The position numbers were made by a program, and so were the translations under genes. The notes below the pieces were generated by a model. The model was given only the letters and a program-made list of their open reading frames with translations, ran no database searches and was not told the DNA's origin. Of a stretch of 38,830 nt of DNA, positions 1 to 8,937 are shown piece by piece. The stretch's first letter is position 1. Each line of letters begins with the position of its first letter. The DNA is from a virus (taxonomy: Duplodnaviria > Caudoviricetes). The stretch is taken from the IMG/VR virus record IMGVR_UViG_3300033067_000803, positions 1 to 38,830 of that record; one strand, written 5' to 3'.

Positions 1-110
1 GGACGATCTACGCGAACGAGTTGCCGCATTGCATGGCGAAGAGCCGCACGGCGCAAGGGGATTTCCCTCTTGCTGACGCGCAGGAGTTTTGGGCGAACAT
101 CATCAAGTAA
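1..110 (+). CDS. 3' end of the AAA ATPase whose 5' part is at 38115..38830 (partial)
   Basis: Frame from nt 3 reads TIYANELPHCMAKSRTAQGDFPLADAQEFWANIIK, stop TAA 108-110. The 'xAKxR' tail is typical of AAA_24/Sak4-like proteins. Confidence 0.75.
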   Translation, partial: TIYANELPHCMAKSRTAQGDFPLADAQEFWANIIK

Positions 111-156
111 ACAACGAAGGCCCCTTTATCGGGGCCGACACAACACAAGGTAAAAC

Positions 157-888
157 ATGAGTAATTGGGAAGAAGGAAACTACGGGGCCGTGACAAAGGC
201 GGCAACTGTTTATGAGAAGGAAGGCAAACTTCTGCTGGCCGTGGCGTTTGATGTGAGCGGTAACGAGCTCAAATCATATCATGTGCTTGTCCAGGCTGAC
301 GGGACGGTCAATACCGTTACGGTGGCGAAGCTCAAAGAGTGGTCCGGCTGGGACGGTGTGGACCCCTACTGGTTCGTTGACAACGCGCCTAACGGTATCG
401 TCTGCGAGGTCGCTATCGGCATGGAGCCTGGATTCAAGGATGCATCGAAGCTTTTCCCCAAAATCAAATGGGTGAACAAGGCTGGTGGAAGCGGCGGCAT
501 GCCTGAAATGGCTGACCGCAGGGCGGTGCTTTCAAAGTACGGCGCGAAGTTCCGTGCAATCGCCGGACCGCAACCGATGGGGATGCAGACGAAGCCGCAG
601 GCCGGAACGCCTCCGCAGCGTCCGCAGACGCAGGGCAATCCCCCTGCCCGTCCTCAAGCTACTGCTGCGCATGCAACGCTCGAGGAGTGCTGGCGGCTGA
701 TGCAGCAGCACAACCAGAAGCTTACACCTGAACAGGTGACGGAGAAATGGTATGGCTTTATCGATGCCACTGGCATGGATCAAGCGGACATGACTCCGGA
801 AGGATGGGACCAAGTAAAGGCTGCAATCCTTGCTTCAACTTCAGGTGCTCAACCTGAAACAGATGACGGCGAGCCGATGCCGTTTTAA
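157..888 (+). CDS. Single-stranded DNA-binding-like protein
   Basis: Follows the Cas4-like nuclease and AAA ATPase. Pro/Gln-rich linker and acidic aromatic C-terminus DDGEPMPF like the SSB tip. Confidence 0.6.
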   Translation: MSNWEEGNYGAVTKAATVYEKEGKLLLAVAFDVSGNELKSYHVLVQADGTVNTVTVAKLKEWSGWDGVDPYWFVDNAPNGIVCEVAIGMEPGFKDASKLFPKIKWVNKAGGSGGMPEMADRRAVLSKYGAKFRAIAGPQPMGMQTKPQAGTPPQRPQTQGNPPARPQATAAHATLEECWRLMQQHNQKLTPEQVTEKWYGFIDATGMDQADMTPEGWDQVKAAILASTSGAQPETDDGEPMPF

Positions 889-897
889 AGGAGGATT

Positions 898-1107
898 ATG
901 CCAATCACAATTGATTTGAATATCAAGCCTGAAAAGGTGCGTTTAGCTCGTGAGGCGGCTGATTCTGCCTATTTTAAGGCAAATCAACGTCTCAAGCAGG
1001 ACATGGATTCCGGACGAACACCTACACAGGTGGAGCAGGATCATGTTGAATCCCTCAGCATCGCTTCGGCGGTGCTGGGGATGGTATGGAGGGCAATGCC
1101 AGTATGA
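898..1107 (+). CDS. Hypothetical protein
   Basis: Strong SD (AAGGAGG); stop overlaps the next ATG (ATGA). Confidence 0.7.
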   Translation: MPITIDLNIKPEKVRLAREAADSAYFKANQRLKQDMDSGRTPTQVEQDHVESLSIASAVLGMVWRAMPV

Positions 1108-2141
1108 GCGTATCCTACTTGAAAATTGACGAAGTGAAGACCGCTGGCATGCAGGTACGTGCCGCCATGTCAGAGGATACGATTGCCGAATACATGGAAG
1201 CCATGGCAGACGGGGCAGTGTTCCCTCCTGCCGTTTGCTACCATGACGGCAAGGATTACTGGCTTGCTGACGGATTCCACCGCCTGGAGGCATGGCGGCG
1301 TAGTGGATGCAAGAAAGTAAAATCGGAGATCAAGAGCGGTCAACGTCTTGACGCATTGCGCCACGCTTTAAAGGCCAATCTTGACCACGGTTTACGCCGG
1401 ACGAACGCTGACAAGAAACGGGCCGTCGCCGTGGCCTATGAAAACCGTCATGAATTGGGGCTCGGTGAGGTTCCAAGTGCAAGATCGATAGCCGATTTGA
1501 TCGGTGTCAGTCACACATTCGCCACCAATCAACTGGCAACGGTTGCCAGTTGGAAGGGTGCAAGCGAGCGCACCGGAAAGGACGGAAATACACGTGCCTT
1601 GCCTCCTCCGAGACCATCTAAACAAGCCAATCCACTGGCAACGGTTGCCAGTGGCGAGGGGTCTAAAAATGGTGAACAACAGCCGGAACTTGGCATGCCT
1701 GATATCCCTCCGGCGCGTCCTCTGCCGCCTCCTCAACGTCCACAAGCGTCCACGGAGCGTCCACAAGCGTCCACGCCTCCGGCACGGCCTAAAGGGTCTG
1801 AACTGGGCCTCGGACCGCGTGACAGCCTTGGAAACCCGATTCCTCCGAACCTGACTGACCACTGGGGGCGGCGTGTCGAGGTACAGGCTGTTTCTGCTGG
1901 GCTTCGCAGTGCACGTCTGGCGATCCGTAAGGCGCAGGATGGGCACGATCCGGCATGGGCAGGGCTGAATTTCAGTTCCACGCTGATGCATCTGGACAAC
2001 GCAATTGCGCAAGTCGAGGGGGCTGTCCCTCATTGCGTGTGCCTGTACTGCAAGGGGATCGGCTGCCGTGCTTGCGGCGGGTCGGGAATCATGACGGAAT
2101 TCCAGCATTCAAACGCGCCGCGTGATATGAAGGGGGCTTGA
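1104..2141 (+). CDS. ParB/Srx-like N-terminal domain + HTH + C-terminal CxxCxGxG zinc finger protein
   Basis: YWLADGFHRLEA box, ANLDHGLRRTNADK, HTH SARSIADLIGVSHTF, terminal CLYCKGIGCRACGGSG. Start placed at ATG 1104 (ATGA overlap). Confidence 0.8.
   Translation: MSVSYLKIDEVKTAGMQVRAAMSEDTIAEYMEAMADGAVFPPAVCYHDGKDYWLADGFHRLEAWRRSGCKKVKSEIKSGQRLDALRHALKANLDHGLRRTNADKKRAVAVAYENRHELGLGEVPSARSIADLIGVSHTFATNQLATVASWKGASERTGKDGNTRALPPPRPSKQANPLATVASGEGSKNGEQQPELGMPDIPPARPLPPPQRPQASTERPQASTPPARPKGSELGLGPRDSLGNPIPPNLTDHWGRRVEVQAVSAGLRSARLAIRKAQDGHDPAWAGLNFSSTLMHLDNAIAQVEGAVPHCVCLYCKGIGCRACGGSGIMTEFQHSNAPRDMKGA
1530..1552. promoter_or_regulatory. Palindromic parS/operator-like site, copy 1
   Basis: CAACTGGCAAC-G-GTTGCCAGTTG perfect inverted repeat; its 19-bp core recurs at 1634, 11435 and 17154. 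Confidence 0.65.
1632..1654. promoter_or_regulatory. Palindromic parS/operator-like site, copy 2
   Basis: CCACTGGCAAC-G-GTTGCCAGTGG perfect inverted repeat. Confidence 0.65.
1737..1775 (+). repeat. 21-bp-period tandem duplication (RPQAST x2) in the ParB linker
   Basis: CGTCCACAAGCGTCCACG at 1737 and 1758. Confidence 0.85.
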
Positions 2142-2146
2142 ACCTT

Positions 2147-3787
2147 ATGAAGATGCGACCCTATCAGCAGGAGGCCGTGGACGGCGTTTTCGCCGCATGG
2201 AGAGAAGCGCGGTCAGCCCTTGTCGTACTCCCCACGGGGTGCGGCAAGACGGTTGTCTTCGCGGAGATCGCACGGAGGGTTTGTAAGGATATGAAAAAGC
2301 GCGTCATGGTGCTTGCCCATCGCGAGGAGCTTATCTTTCAGGCGAAAGAGAAAATCCACGCGGTGACAGGGCTTGACGCGCATGTCGAAATGGGCGAGTA
2401 CAAAGCGGATGCCGGATTGTTCGGGGCATCCCCCGTCGTTGTCAGCACGGTGCAGACGCACACTGCTGGCGGCGACGGCGGCGGGCGCATGACCAAATTC
2501 AATCCGGAAGACTTCGGGCTCCTGATTATAGACGAGGCACACCATGCAACGGCTGGGAGCTATCGCAAGTGCATTGAATGGTACATGCGCAACCCTGAAA
2601 TGAAGATGCTCGGGGTTACTGCCACTCCTGACAGGGCTGACGAGGAAGCACTTGGACAGGTGTTTGACGCGGTGGCCTACGATTACGAAGTTATGGACGC
2701 GATCCGTAACGGGTGGCTTGTTCCGGTGTCACAGCAGATGGTTAGCGTCGGACACCTTGACCTTTCGCAGGTACGAACGACTGCTGGGGACCTGAACCAG
2801 GGCGACCTTGCCAAGGTGCTAAATGACGAGCAGACACTTCACGAGATAGCATACCCAACAATTGATATCTGCGGTGACAGGCGGGCTCTTGTGTTTGCGG
2901 CGACCGTGGACCAGGCGGAACGCCTCTGCGAAATTTTTAACCGTCACCGTCCTGGTTGCGCTGGTTGGCTTTGCGGAAAGACGGATAAAGACGAGCGCAA
3001 GAAGACGCTGGCGGCTTTCAAGGAAGGCAACCTACGGTTCGTTTGCAATGTCGGGGTGCTAACCGAGGGCTTTGATGACGATGGCGTTGAGGTGGTCGTT
3101 ATGGCACGTCCGACAAAGAGCCGTGCGCTTTACGCCCAGATGGCAGGACGTGGAACACGCCCGCATTCAACAGTCGCCAGACAGCTCGGGACGATGGCAA
3201 GCGATGAAGAGAGGCGTTTGGCGATCCAGACGAGCCCGAAGCCTGGTTGCTTGATTATCGACTTCTGCGGAAACGCTGGCCGTCACAAACTGTGCTGCAC
3301 GGCTGACATTCTCGGTGGCAACTACACAGAAGAAGAAGTTGCCATGGCATCACTAAAGGCGCGTGAAGGCGGCAAGCCTGTGGACATGGCAGACGCGCTG
3401 GACGATGCACGGAAAGAACTGCATGAGAAGCGTCTGCGAGAGGCCGCTAAACGTGCCGCCATCGTCTGCCGTGCTAAATACACGGCAAAGAACGTGAACC
3501 CGTTTGACGTGTTCGACCTCACGCCTACGATTGAGCGCGGATGGGACAAGGGACGTAGCCTGACCGAGAAGCAGGTTCAACTCCTGGAGCGCAACGGTAT
3601 TTCAACGGACGTCCTGTCCTATACGCAGGGCCGCCAGCTACTCTCTGAACTGTTCAGGCGTTGGGATATGAAGCTCCCGACATTCAAGCAGCAGCGTGTG
3701 CTCAATCACGCTGGTTTTGTCGCGCCGATGCGCCCGAGCGAGACAAAGAAGGTCATGGATAAACTGGCGCAGAAATGGAGTTCGTAA
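2147..3787 (+). CDS. Superfamily II DEAD/DEAH-box helicase
   Basis: MRPYQ Q-motif, Walker A LPTGCGKT, DEAHH, TATPDR, VLTEGFD, QMAGRGTR. Alternative start TTG 2138. Confidence 0.93.
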   Translation: MKMRPYQQEAVDGVFAAWREARSALVVLPTGCGKTVVFAEIARRVCKDMKKRVMVLAHREELIFQAKEKIHAVTGLDAHVEMGEYKADAGLFGASPVVVSTVQTHTAGGDGGGRMTKFNPEDFGLLIIDEAHHATAGSYRKCIEWYMRNPEMKMLGVTATPDRADEEALGQVFDAVAYDYEVMDAIRNGWLVPVSQQMVSVGHLDLSQVRTTAGDLNQGDLAKVLNDEQTLHEIAYPTIDICGDRRALVFAATVDQAERLCEIFNRHRPGCAGWLCGKTDKDERKKTLAAFKEGNLRFVCNVGVLTEGFDDDGVEVVVMARPTKSRALYAQMAGRGTRPHSTVARQLGTMASDEERRLAIQTSPKPGCLIIDFCGNAGRHKLCCTADILGGNYTEEEVAMASLKAREGGKPVDMADALDDARKELHEKRLREAAKRAAIVCRAKYTAKNVNPFDVFDLTPTIERGWDKGRSLTEKQVQLLERNGISTDVLSYTQGRQLLSELFRRWDMKLPTFKQQRVLNHAGFVAPMRPSETKKVMDKLAQKWSS

Positions 3788-3788
3788 G

Positions 3789-3890
3789 ATGGATAGCGTT
3801 GAAAGATTTATGTGTCAACTCATTCTGCCAATCGTCTGTGTTGGCGTGGGTGTTCTTATAGCTGTTGTTTTTATGGGAGATGACGAATGA
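3789..3890 (+). CDS. Small membrane protein
   Basis: 33 aa with one hydrophobic stretch, coupled to the next gene by ATGA. Confidence 0.5.
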   Translation: MDSVERFMCQLILPIVCVGVGVLIAVVFMGDDE

Positions 3891-4318
3891 AAATCAGACT
3901 GGACAGGAAGATGTACGCGCAAGCACAACGGTGTGCGGACGCTCAATATATGACATTCAGCCGCTGGGTGAAAAGGGCAATCATTCACAATTATGAGAAC
4001 ACATCCAAGATTGGCGAGATTGTTTTCTCTGTCAACCGTGATGACAGCATAAGCGCGTTCATTCTGCTTCCAAACATGGATGAAACTTGCTTTGAGGCCA
4101 ACAAGATTCGCGAGTGCATTGCTATCCAGATTGAGAGGGAGACTCCTAAAGATTGGCCATGGCGTTATGACCGATCCTCTCTTGAAGCTGTTATCCAGCT
4201 TGAGACCATCCTTGGGCGTACATGCGACTACCATAGAGCGCAAGACTACATCGATAACAGGATTGCCCAACGCCGTGAGGAAATCCGTGTGTCAGAAATG
4301 AAAGAACGCAAAAAATGA
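3887..4318 (+). CDS. Hypothetical protein with RHH-like N-terminus
   Basis: MKIRLDRKMY...MTFSRWVKRAI pattern; ATGA coupling at both ends. Confidence 0.6.
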   Translation: MKIRLDRKMYAQAQRCADAQYMTFSRWVKRAIIHNYENTSKIGEIVFSVNRDDSISAFILLPNMDETCFEANKIRECIAIQIERETPKDWPWRYDRSSLEAVIQLETILGRTCDYHRAQDYIDNRIAQRREEIRVSEMKERKK

Positions 4319-4509
4319 CACACGCAGACATAAAGAAGTGTTTGGACAAATGCGGTGAGTGCGGTGCTTATTCAGGATATGAGGTTGAAGGAGATCGGAT
4401 AAGAGCCCGTTGCACCGAATGCAACAACACTGGCGATTGGAAACAAACGAAGTGGGAAACGGTTATCCCTTGGAATCTTGAACAACGGAAGATGAGGAAA
4501 GCACAATGA
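4315..4509 (+). CDS. Small zinc-ribbon protein (Lar-like architecture)
   Basis: CGECG...CTEC...WN arrangement. Confidence 0.55.
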   Translation: MTHADIKKCLDKCGECGAYSGYEVEGDRIRARCTECNNTGDWKQTKWETVIPWNLEQRKMRKAQ

Positions 4510-4685
4510 TTATAGAATTCCGATACGCAATAAAACAGAAGGTTACTGTCAAGGCCATCGGAATGCCTGGACGCATCGAAGCACTGCTTCATGAGCCTGA
4601 AAACAACATGTACCGAGTCGCCTATTGGAATAACGGAGACCGCTTCCAGCAGTGGTTACACGAATACGAAATCGAGGCAGAATAA
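4506..4685 (+). CDS. Hypothetical protein (59 aa, not in ORF track)
   Basis: MIIEFRYAIKQKVTVKAIGMPGRIE...WLHEYEIEAE; overlaps both neighbours (ATGA, TAATG). Confidence 0.7.
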   Translation: MIIEFRYAIKQKVTVKAIGMPGRIEALLHEPENNMYRVAYWNNGDRFQQWLHEYEIEAE

Positions 4686-4864
4686 TGAGCAACGAACTTA
4701 ACCTATCCCCCTCAATGACCTGCGAGCAGGTTGCAGAGGAACTGGAACGCAGGATCGCGGCGAAGGGCTGCACGGATGACTGCGACAATTGCAAGCTTGA
4801 CGAGTGCGCCCGTGAAGGCGGCGGGGCGTTTATCGGCGAGGACGGAACAATCACGTTTCTATGA
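4685..4864 (+). CDS. Cys-rich hypothetical protein
   Basis: MSNELNLSPSMTCEQ..., CTDDCDNCKLDEC; TAATG coupling. Confidence 0.6.
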   Translation: MSNELNLSPSMTCEQVAEELERRIAAKGCTDDCDNCKLDECAREGGGAFIGEDGTITFL

Positions 4865-6141
4865 GGATAACTACACCTATGACACAACCAACCTTATTCG
4901 ACGGATACAGGCAGACCATGACAGCCGGAATTGAAAAGACGATTGAGTCTTTGAATACATACGCGACCCTGTTTGATAGCTGGGTCATCTGCTACAGCGG
5001 CGGCAAGGATTCAAGCGCGGTGGCTACTCTCATACCACAACTGATTGAGACAGGAAAGGTGCCACGGCCTAAAGAGCTTAGACTGCTCTATGCCGATACG
5101 CGGATGGAGTTGCCGCCTCTTCGCAATGCAGCCATGGGCGTTATGGACGTGCTTCGCTCAAAGGGATACCAGTGCGACGTTGTTTTGCCTGAAATGAAAG
5201 ATCGCTTCTTTGTCTACATGTTTGGCCGAGGTGTCCCCCCTCCGTCAAACACCTTCAGGTGGTGCACGTCACAAATCAAGATTGAACCGATGATGAACGC
5301 CTTGAAAGAACTGCGGGAAAAGAACGGAAAGAAGTTTCTCATGCTGACAGGTGTGAGAGTCGGGGAAAGCGCGGCGCGTGACGCACGTATTGCTTTGAGT
5401 TGCGGACGTGATGGAGCGGAATGCGGTCAGGGATGGTTTCAGGTGTCAACGCCTGAATCTGTAGCCGATACGCTTGCACCGATCCTGCATTGGCGCGTGT
5501 GCCATGTTTGGAACTGGTTAAGGAACTGGGCTCCCATTGGTGGCTATCCCACCGAGCGCGTAGCCGAGTCATACGGAGGGGATGAAGCCGAAGAGGTAAA
5601 CGCAAGGACAGGGTGCGTCGGGTGCAATCTGGCAAGCCGTGACACGGCTCTTGAGACTCTGCTACAGAATGACCGCTGGGAGTATCTGCGGCCTCTCACG
5701 GGATTGAGGAAGCTTTACGCTGAATTGAAGCTTCCGGCCAACCGACTGCGCAAGACTGGCAAAGAACTTCGCAAGGATGGAACGATGTGCACCAATCCAA
5801 ACCGCATGGGGCCGCTGACCATGGAAGCAAGACGAATGGGTCTGGCCCGCGTCATAGCGATCCAAGACGAGATCAACGCGAACAAGCCGGATGAAGACCT
5901 TGAATATCTGCTTATCGATGCCGAGGAACGGAAGGTCATAGAGCAGATGATTGAGGCTAACACATGGCCAAACGGCTGGGATGGCAAAGAACAGAGGGCA
6001 GACCTTCCATTTGATGAAATACGGAAAGACGGTGCGATTCAAAAGAGCCTGTTCTTTGATGATGAATGTTCAACAGAGATCGGAAACGCGGTTCCGGTCA
6101 ACACTGCACGTGAGCTGGTAAAGGCCGCGCTAACAGCATAA
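4861..6141 (+). CDS. PAPS-reductase-family (DndC-like) PP-loop protein
   Basis: YSGGKDSS PP-loop, DTRMELP, GRGVPPP..FRWCT..IKIEP, GVRVGESAAR, RTGCVGC. Confidence 0.85.
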   Translation: MRITTPMTQPTLFDGYRQTMTAGIEKTIESLNTYATLFDSWVICYSGGKDSSAVATLIPQLIETGKVPRPKELRLLYADTRMELPPLRNAAMGVMDVLRSKGYQCDVVLPEMKDRFFVYMFGRGVPPPSNTFRWCTSQIKIEPMMNALKELREKNGKKFLMLTGVRVGESAARDARIALSCGRDGAECGQGWFQVSTPESVADTLAPILHWRVCHVWNWLRNWAPIGGYPTERVAESYGGDEAEEVNARTGCVGCNLASRDTALETLLQNDRWEYLRPLTGLRKLYAELKLPANRLRKTGKELRKDGTMCTNPNRMGPLTMEARRMGLARVIAIQDEINANKPDEDLEYLLIDAEERKVIEQMIEANTWPNGWDGKEQRADLPFDEIRKDGAIQKSLFFDDECSTEIGNAVPVNTARELVKAALTA

Positions 6142-6153
6142 AGGAGTACACGA

Positions 6154-6561
6154 ATGAGTAACTATAGGTCTTGGGTAAAGACATTTAAGGCACAGTTCGC
6201 GCCAAAAGTTTTGGACGGCAGCAAGACAACTACAATCAGGCCATTCCCAAAGGACGGAAAGTGCCCACGCATGCGTGACATTATCGACTGCCGTATGTGG
6301 AGCGCAAAGCCATACGGATCGACACAGGTCAAACTTGCTCGGTTCGAGATTGTTTCTGTATTCCAAGTCTTGATTGACGATGGAGATATTTACCTAATTC
6401 ATGGCGACCTAAAAAAGCAAGTGCCGGAGCACGTAGCTGACGGATGGGCACAGCAAGACGGGTTCAAATCCTATGAAGAAATGTACGCATGGTTTGAAGG
6501 CAATTATAAGCTCCCGTTTAAGGGTATTCGGATTAAGTGGGACTTTAACCTGAAGCGATAG
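6154..6561 (+). CDS. ASCH (PUA-like) domain protein
   Basis: F...VLDGSKTTTIRP (GxKxxTxR) and AQQDGF..EEM..WF. Confidence 0.8.
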   Translation: MSNYRSWVKTFKAQFAPKVLDGSKTTTIRPFPKDGKCPRMRDIIDCRMWSAKPYGSTQVKLARFEIVSVFQVLIDDGDIYLIHGDLKKQVPEHVADGWAQQDGFKSYEEMYAWFEGNYKLPFKGIRIKWDFNLKR

Positions 6562-6575
6562 AAAGCAGGTGCGAA

Positions 6576-6734
6576 ATGAGTAGATCAACAACAGCACTGA
6601 TAATTTTCCTCCCACGGAAAACAAACGCTAAAGAAGCGACACCTAAAGAGCAGCAGGTGTTTTGGGCCTTCGCAATTCTTTTGGTAGCCGTTACGGCTTT
6701 TATCGTGTGGAAAATGCTAAAGAAAGTGTGGTGA
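6576..6734 (+). CDS. Small membrane protein (52 aa, not in ORF track)
   Basis: SD AGGTG; hydrophobic FWAFAILLVAVTAFIVW followed by basic residues. Confidence 0.55.
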   Translation: MSRSTTALIIFLPRKTNAKEATPKEQQVFWAFAILLVAVTAFIVWKMLKKVW

Positions 6735-6743
6735 AAAGTGACC

Positions 6744-7004
6744 ATGACCAATCAACAAATATTTGATTTGATCGTAGAACGATCTAGAGAAGCTTGTAAA
6801 AAAGGAGTGGACAACGAACAACATGCGGCAATAGTCTGGGCCGCTGACCTAATAAAGGAGCTTGAGAAAGCGCACGTCCGTTATGAGGCCGTCCGCAAAC
6901 TGAACCCTGTACAGTTCGCAAAGCTGTGCCAGTTGAATATCAGCAGTGGCATAGCTTTCGACAGGCTGGTTGATGGGCTTGCGAAAGGGGAGTTTGTGCT
7001 GTGA
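6744..7004 (+). CDS. Hypothetical protein
   Basis: Fits the operon; GTGA overlap with the next ORF. Confidence 0.65.
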   Translation: MTNQQIFDLIVERSREACKKGVDNEQHAAIVWAADLIKELEKAHVRYEAVRKLNPVQFAKLCQLNISSGIAFDRLVDGLAKGEFVL

Positions 7005-7333
7005 AATATAACTTCAACGGCTTCAAGAACTGGCCTCCTGCAAGCGGCGATCTTGACATGCTTCAAGGCTTTGACGTGTTCAGGGCTTCGGAAAGCCAAC
7101 ACATCCCGCGCGACGTGTGCGAGGGCTGCGTATGCTGGCGCGTCTGGGGAACTTGCGTTCAGGTGCAGGTAGAGGATTGGCAGGCTGACGCTGAAACAGA
7201 GCGCGGGGAAGGATACGAAGGCATTCCCAAGTCGCATTGCCTGACATGGCGCAACTGCTGCCCTATCCTGTTCTTTGACTTCATCGGCAAGAAACTGCCG
7301 GAACTTGAAACAGCAGAAAGCGAGGAAGCATGA
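7001..7333 (+). CDS. Cys-rich hypothetical protein
   Basis: Overlap-coupled at both ends. Confidence 0.6.
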   Translation: MKYNFNGFKNWPPASGDLDMLQGFDVFRASESQHIPRDVCEGCVCWRVWGTCVQVQVEDWQADAETERGEGYEGIPKSHCLTWRNCCPILFFDFIGKKLPELETAESEEA

Positions 7334-7590
7334 GCGGTACAAATGAAATTGATAAACCTACCACTGTGGCAGATTTAGAACGTGTGTTAGGTCATAAGAT
7401 GCCATCGGTTAGTGTTCTAAAGAGGCTATTTGCACACCCCACCTCCCAGCCGACCGAGGCCGAGACGTGCAAGTGGAAGAATGATGGAATCGGTTGGGCA
7501 AATAATCCTCATGTAAAAGGTGAAATAAGGTTTATGGAAGGAACAAAATACTGCCCGACCTGTGGCAAGCGAATCGAGGTGGAAGCATGA
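7330..7590 (+). CDS. Hypothetical protein with C-terminal zinc ribbon
   Basis: KYCPTCGKRI motif; SD GAGG. Confidence 0.65.
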   Translation: MSGTNEIDKPTTVADLERVLGHKMPSVSVLKRLFAHPTSQPTEAETCKWKNDGIGWANNPHVKGEIRFMEGTKYCPTCGKRIEVEA

Positions 7591-8417
7591 AGCGAGTAAC
7601 ACGTTCCAACCCCTGCCCAGTCTGCGGCAAGCCTGATTGGTGCGGCATTTCAGAGGACGGCTGCATGGCGGTCTGCATGCGCCTCCCCTCTTCAAGTCCG
7701 GCCAAGAACGGCGGCTGGGCTCACGTCGTAAAGGCACGATCCTCTGTTGAGCCTTTCCAGCCCCCGCCACCTACCCGCCTGAAACGCCTCTTTGACGCTG
7801 CCAAGTATCATGCAGCCATCCGTGCGGACTGGGATCATGTCTGGGGCGACGGAACTGCCCTTTCCCTTGACGTGGATGAGGCAGCACTCGACAGGCTTCA
7901 ACCAGGCTATGACGGCTTCAACAAGGCGGTCGGGTTCCCCATGCGTGACGCTGACGGCAAGGTGATCGGGATTCGCCTCCGCAACTTCACGGCCCAGAAG
8001 TGGGCGGTATCCGGTTCAATGGACGGCCTGTTCTTTGACCCGTCTATGGTGCTCGGGCCTGAAAAGGAACTGGTTGTCTGTGAGGGGCCTACCGATACGG
8101 CAGCAGCCTACACGCTGGGCCTTTGCGCCGTAGGGCGGTCAGCCTGCAAGACGGGTACTGACCTACTGAAAGCCCTTTGCAAGCGTCTGGGGGCCAGATT
8201 GGTGACGATTATCAGCGATAACGACGGCTGGAAGGAATGTGCCGGAAAGCGCATCCGTCCGGGGCTTGACGGTGCCGTGTCCCTCGGCAAGGACTTGGGC
8301 AGGTATTACAGGATCGTGGTCCCTCCTAAAAAGGATTTGCGGGCTTGGCTGGCAGACGGTCTGTCCACCAAGGATTTTTACAACTATGCAGATGTGGCAT
8401 TGAAAAGGGTTGGGTGA
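7587..8417 (+). CDS. DNA primase (zinc-binding + TOPRIM domain)
   Basis: CPVCGKPDWC...VCMR, FPMRD..G..IGIRLR, VVCEGPTD, ISDND, KDLRAW. Confidence 0.85.
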   Translation: MKRVTRSNPCPVCGKPDWCGISEDGCMAVCMRLPSSSPAKNGGWAHVVKARSSVEPFQPPPPTRLKRLFDAAKYHAAIRADWDHVWGDGTALSLDVDEAALDRLQPGYDGFNKAVGFPMRDADGKVIGIRLRNFTAQKWAVSGSMDGLFFDPSMVLGPEKELVVCEGPTDTAAAYTLGLCAVGRSACKTGTDLLKALCKRLGARLVTIISDNDGWKECAGKRIRPGLDGAVSLGKDLGRYYRIVVPPKKDLRAWLADGLSTKDFYNYADVALKRVG

Positions 8418-8419
8418 TT

Positions 8420-8776
8420 ATGAGCACTGAACATTGGATCAAAGTACGCAAGGGGCTGAACGATAGCCCGAAGATGGTAGCGGTAAGCCGGATATGCGGT
8501 TGCTCACGCGAGCGAGCGTTTGACGCATGGTTCCGGCTGTACTGCTATTTTGACGGTCATACCGAGGACGGGCGTATCCCATTTTTGGATGAGCACGAGA
8601 TTGACAGGATATCAGGACTCCAGGGATGTGGCCATGCCATGCAGACTGTCGGTTGGATTACCTTCGACGGATGCGGGTGCACGGTCAACGACTGGGAGAA
8701 GCATAACGGCAACAGCGCGAAAAAGCGGCTTTTGACTAACGAACGGGTCATTAGACACCGGAAAAAGGGCTTGTAA
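8420..8776 (+). CDS. Replication initiator-like N-terminal (winged-helix) protein
   Basis: WIKV...DSPK...FRLY..FD.HTEDG...VGW...DWEKHNG..AKKR...RV.RHR pattern of phage replisome-organiser N-domains; followed by iteron-like repeats. Confidence 0.65.
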   Translation: MSTEHWIKVRKGLNDSPKMVAVSRICGCSRERAFDAWFRLYCYFDGHTEDGRIPFLDEHEIDRISGLQGCGHAMQTVGWITFDGCGCTVNDWEKHNGNSAKKRLLTNERVIRHRKKGL

Positions 8777-8926
8777 CGCTTCTGTAACACTTTTTGCGTT
8801 ACATCTGTAACAAAATTTTGTTTCAAAAGCGTTAATTAGAGTAAGAGTAAGAGTATTACTCATATATTAGATTAACAAGAGAGACTACACGCACGTGCGT
8901 ACGCACACGTACGTAGCGCACACGCG
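8772..8926. other. Putative replication origin
   Basis: TGTAAC at 8772, 8783, 8806 and inverted GTTACA at 8798; AGAGTA x3 (8838-8855); AT-rich stretch; alternating purine/pyrimidine tract 8886-8915. Confidence 0.55.
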
Positions 8927-8937
8927 AGGGAGGTAAC

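Noticed and set aside
119-136. GGCCCC-TTTATC-GGGGCC hairpin as a terminator
   Set aside because: No U-tract follows and it sits inside an operon; at most an RNA stability element.
1737-1775. CGTCCAC repeats as replication iterons
   Set aside because: Explained by an in-frame duplication in a low-complexity Pro-rich linker, with no adjacent AT-rich region.
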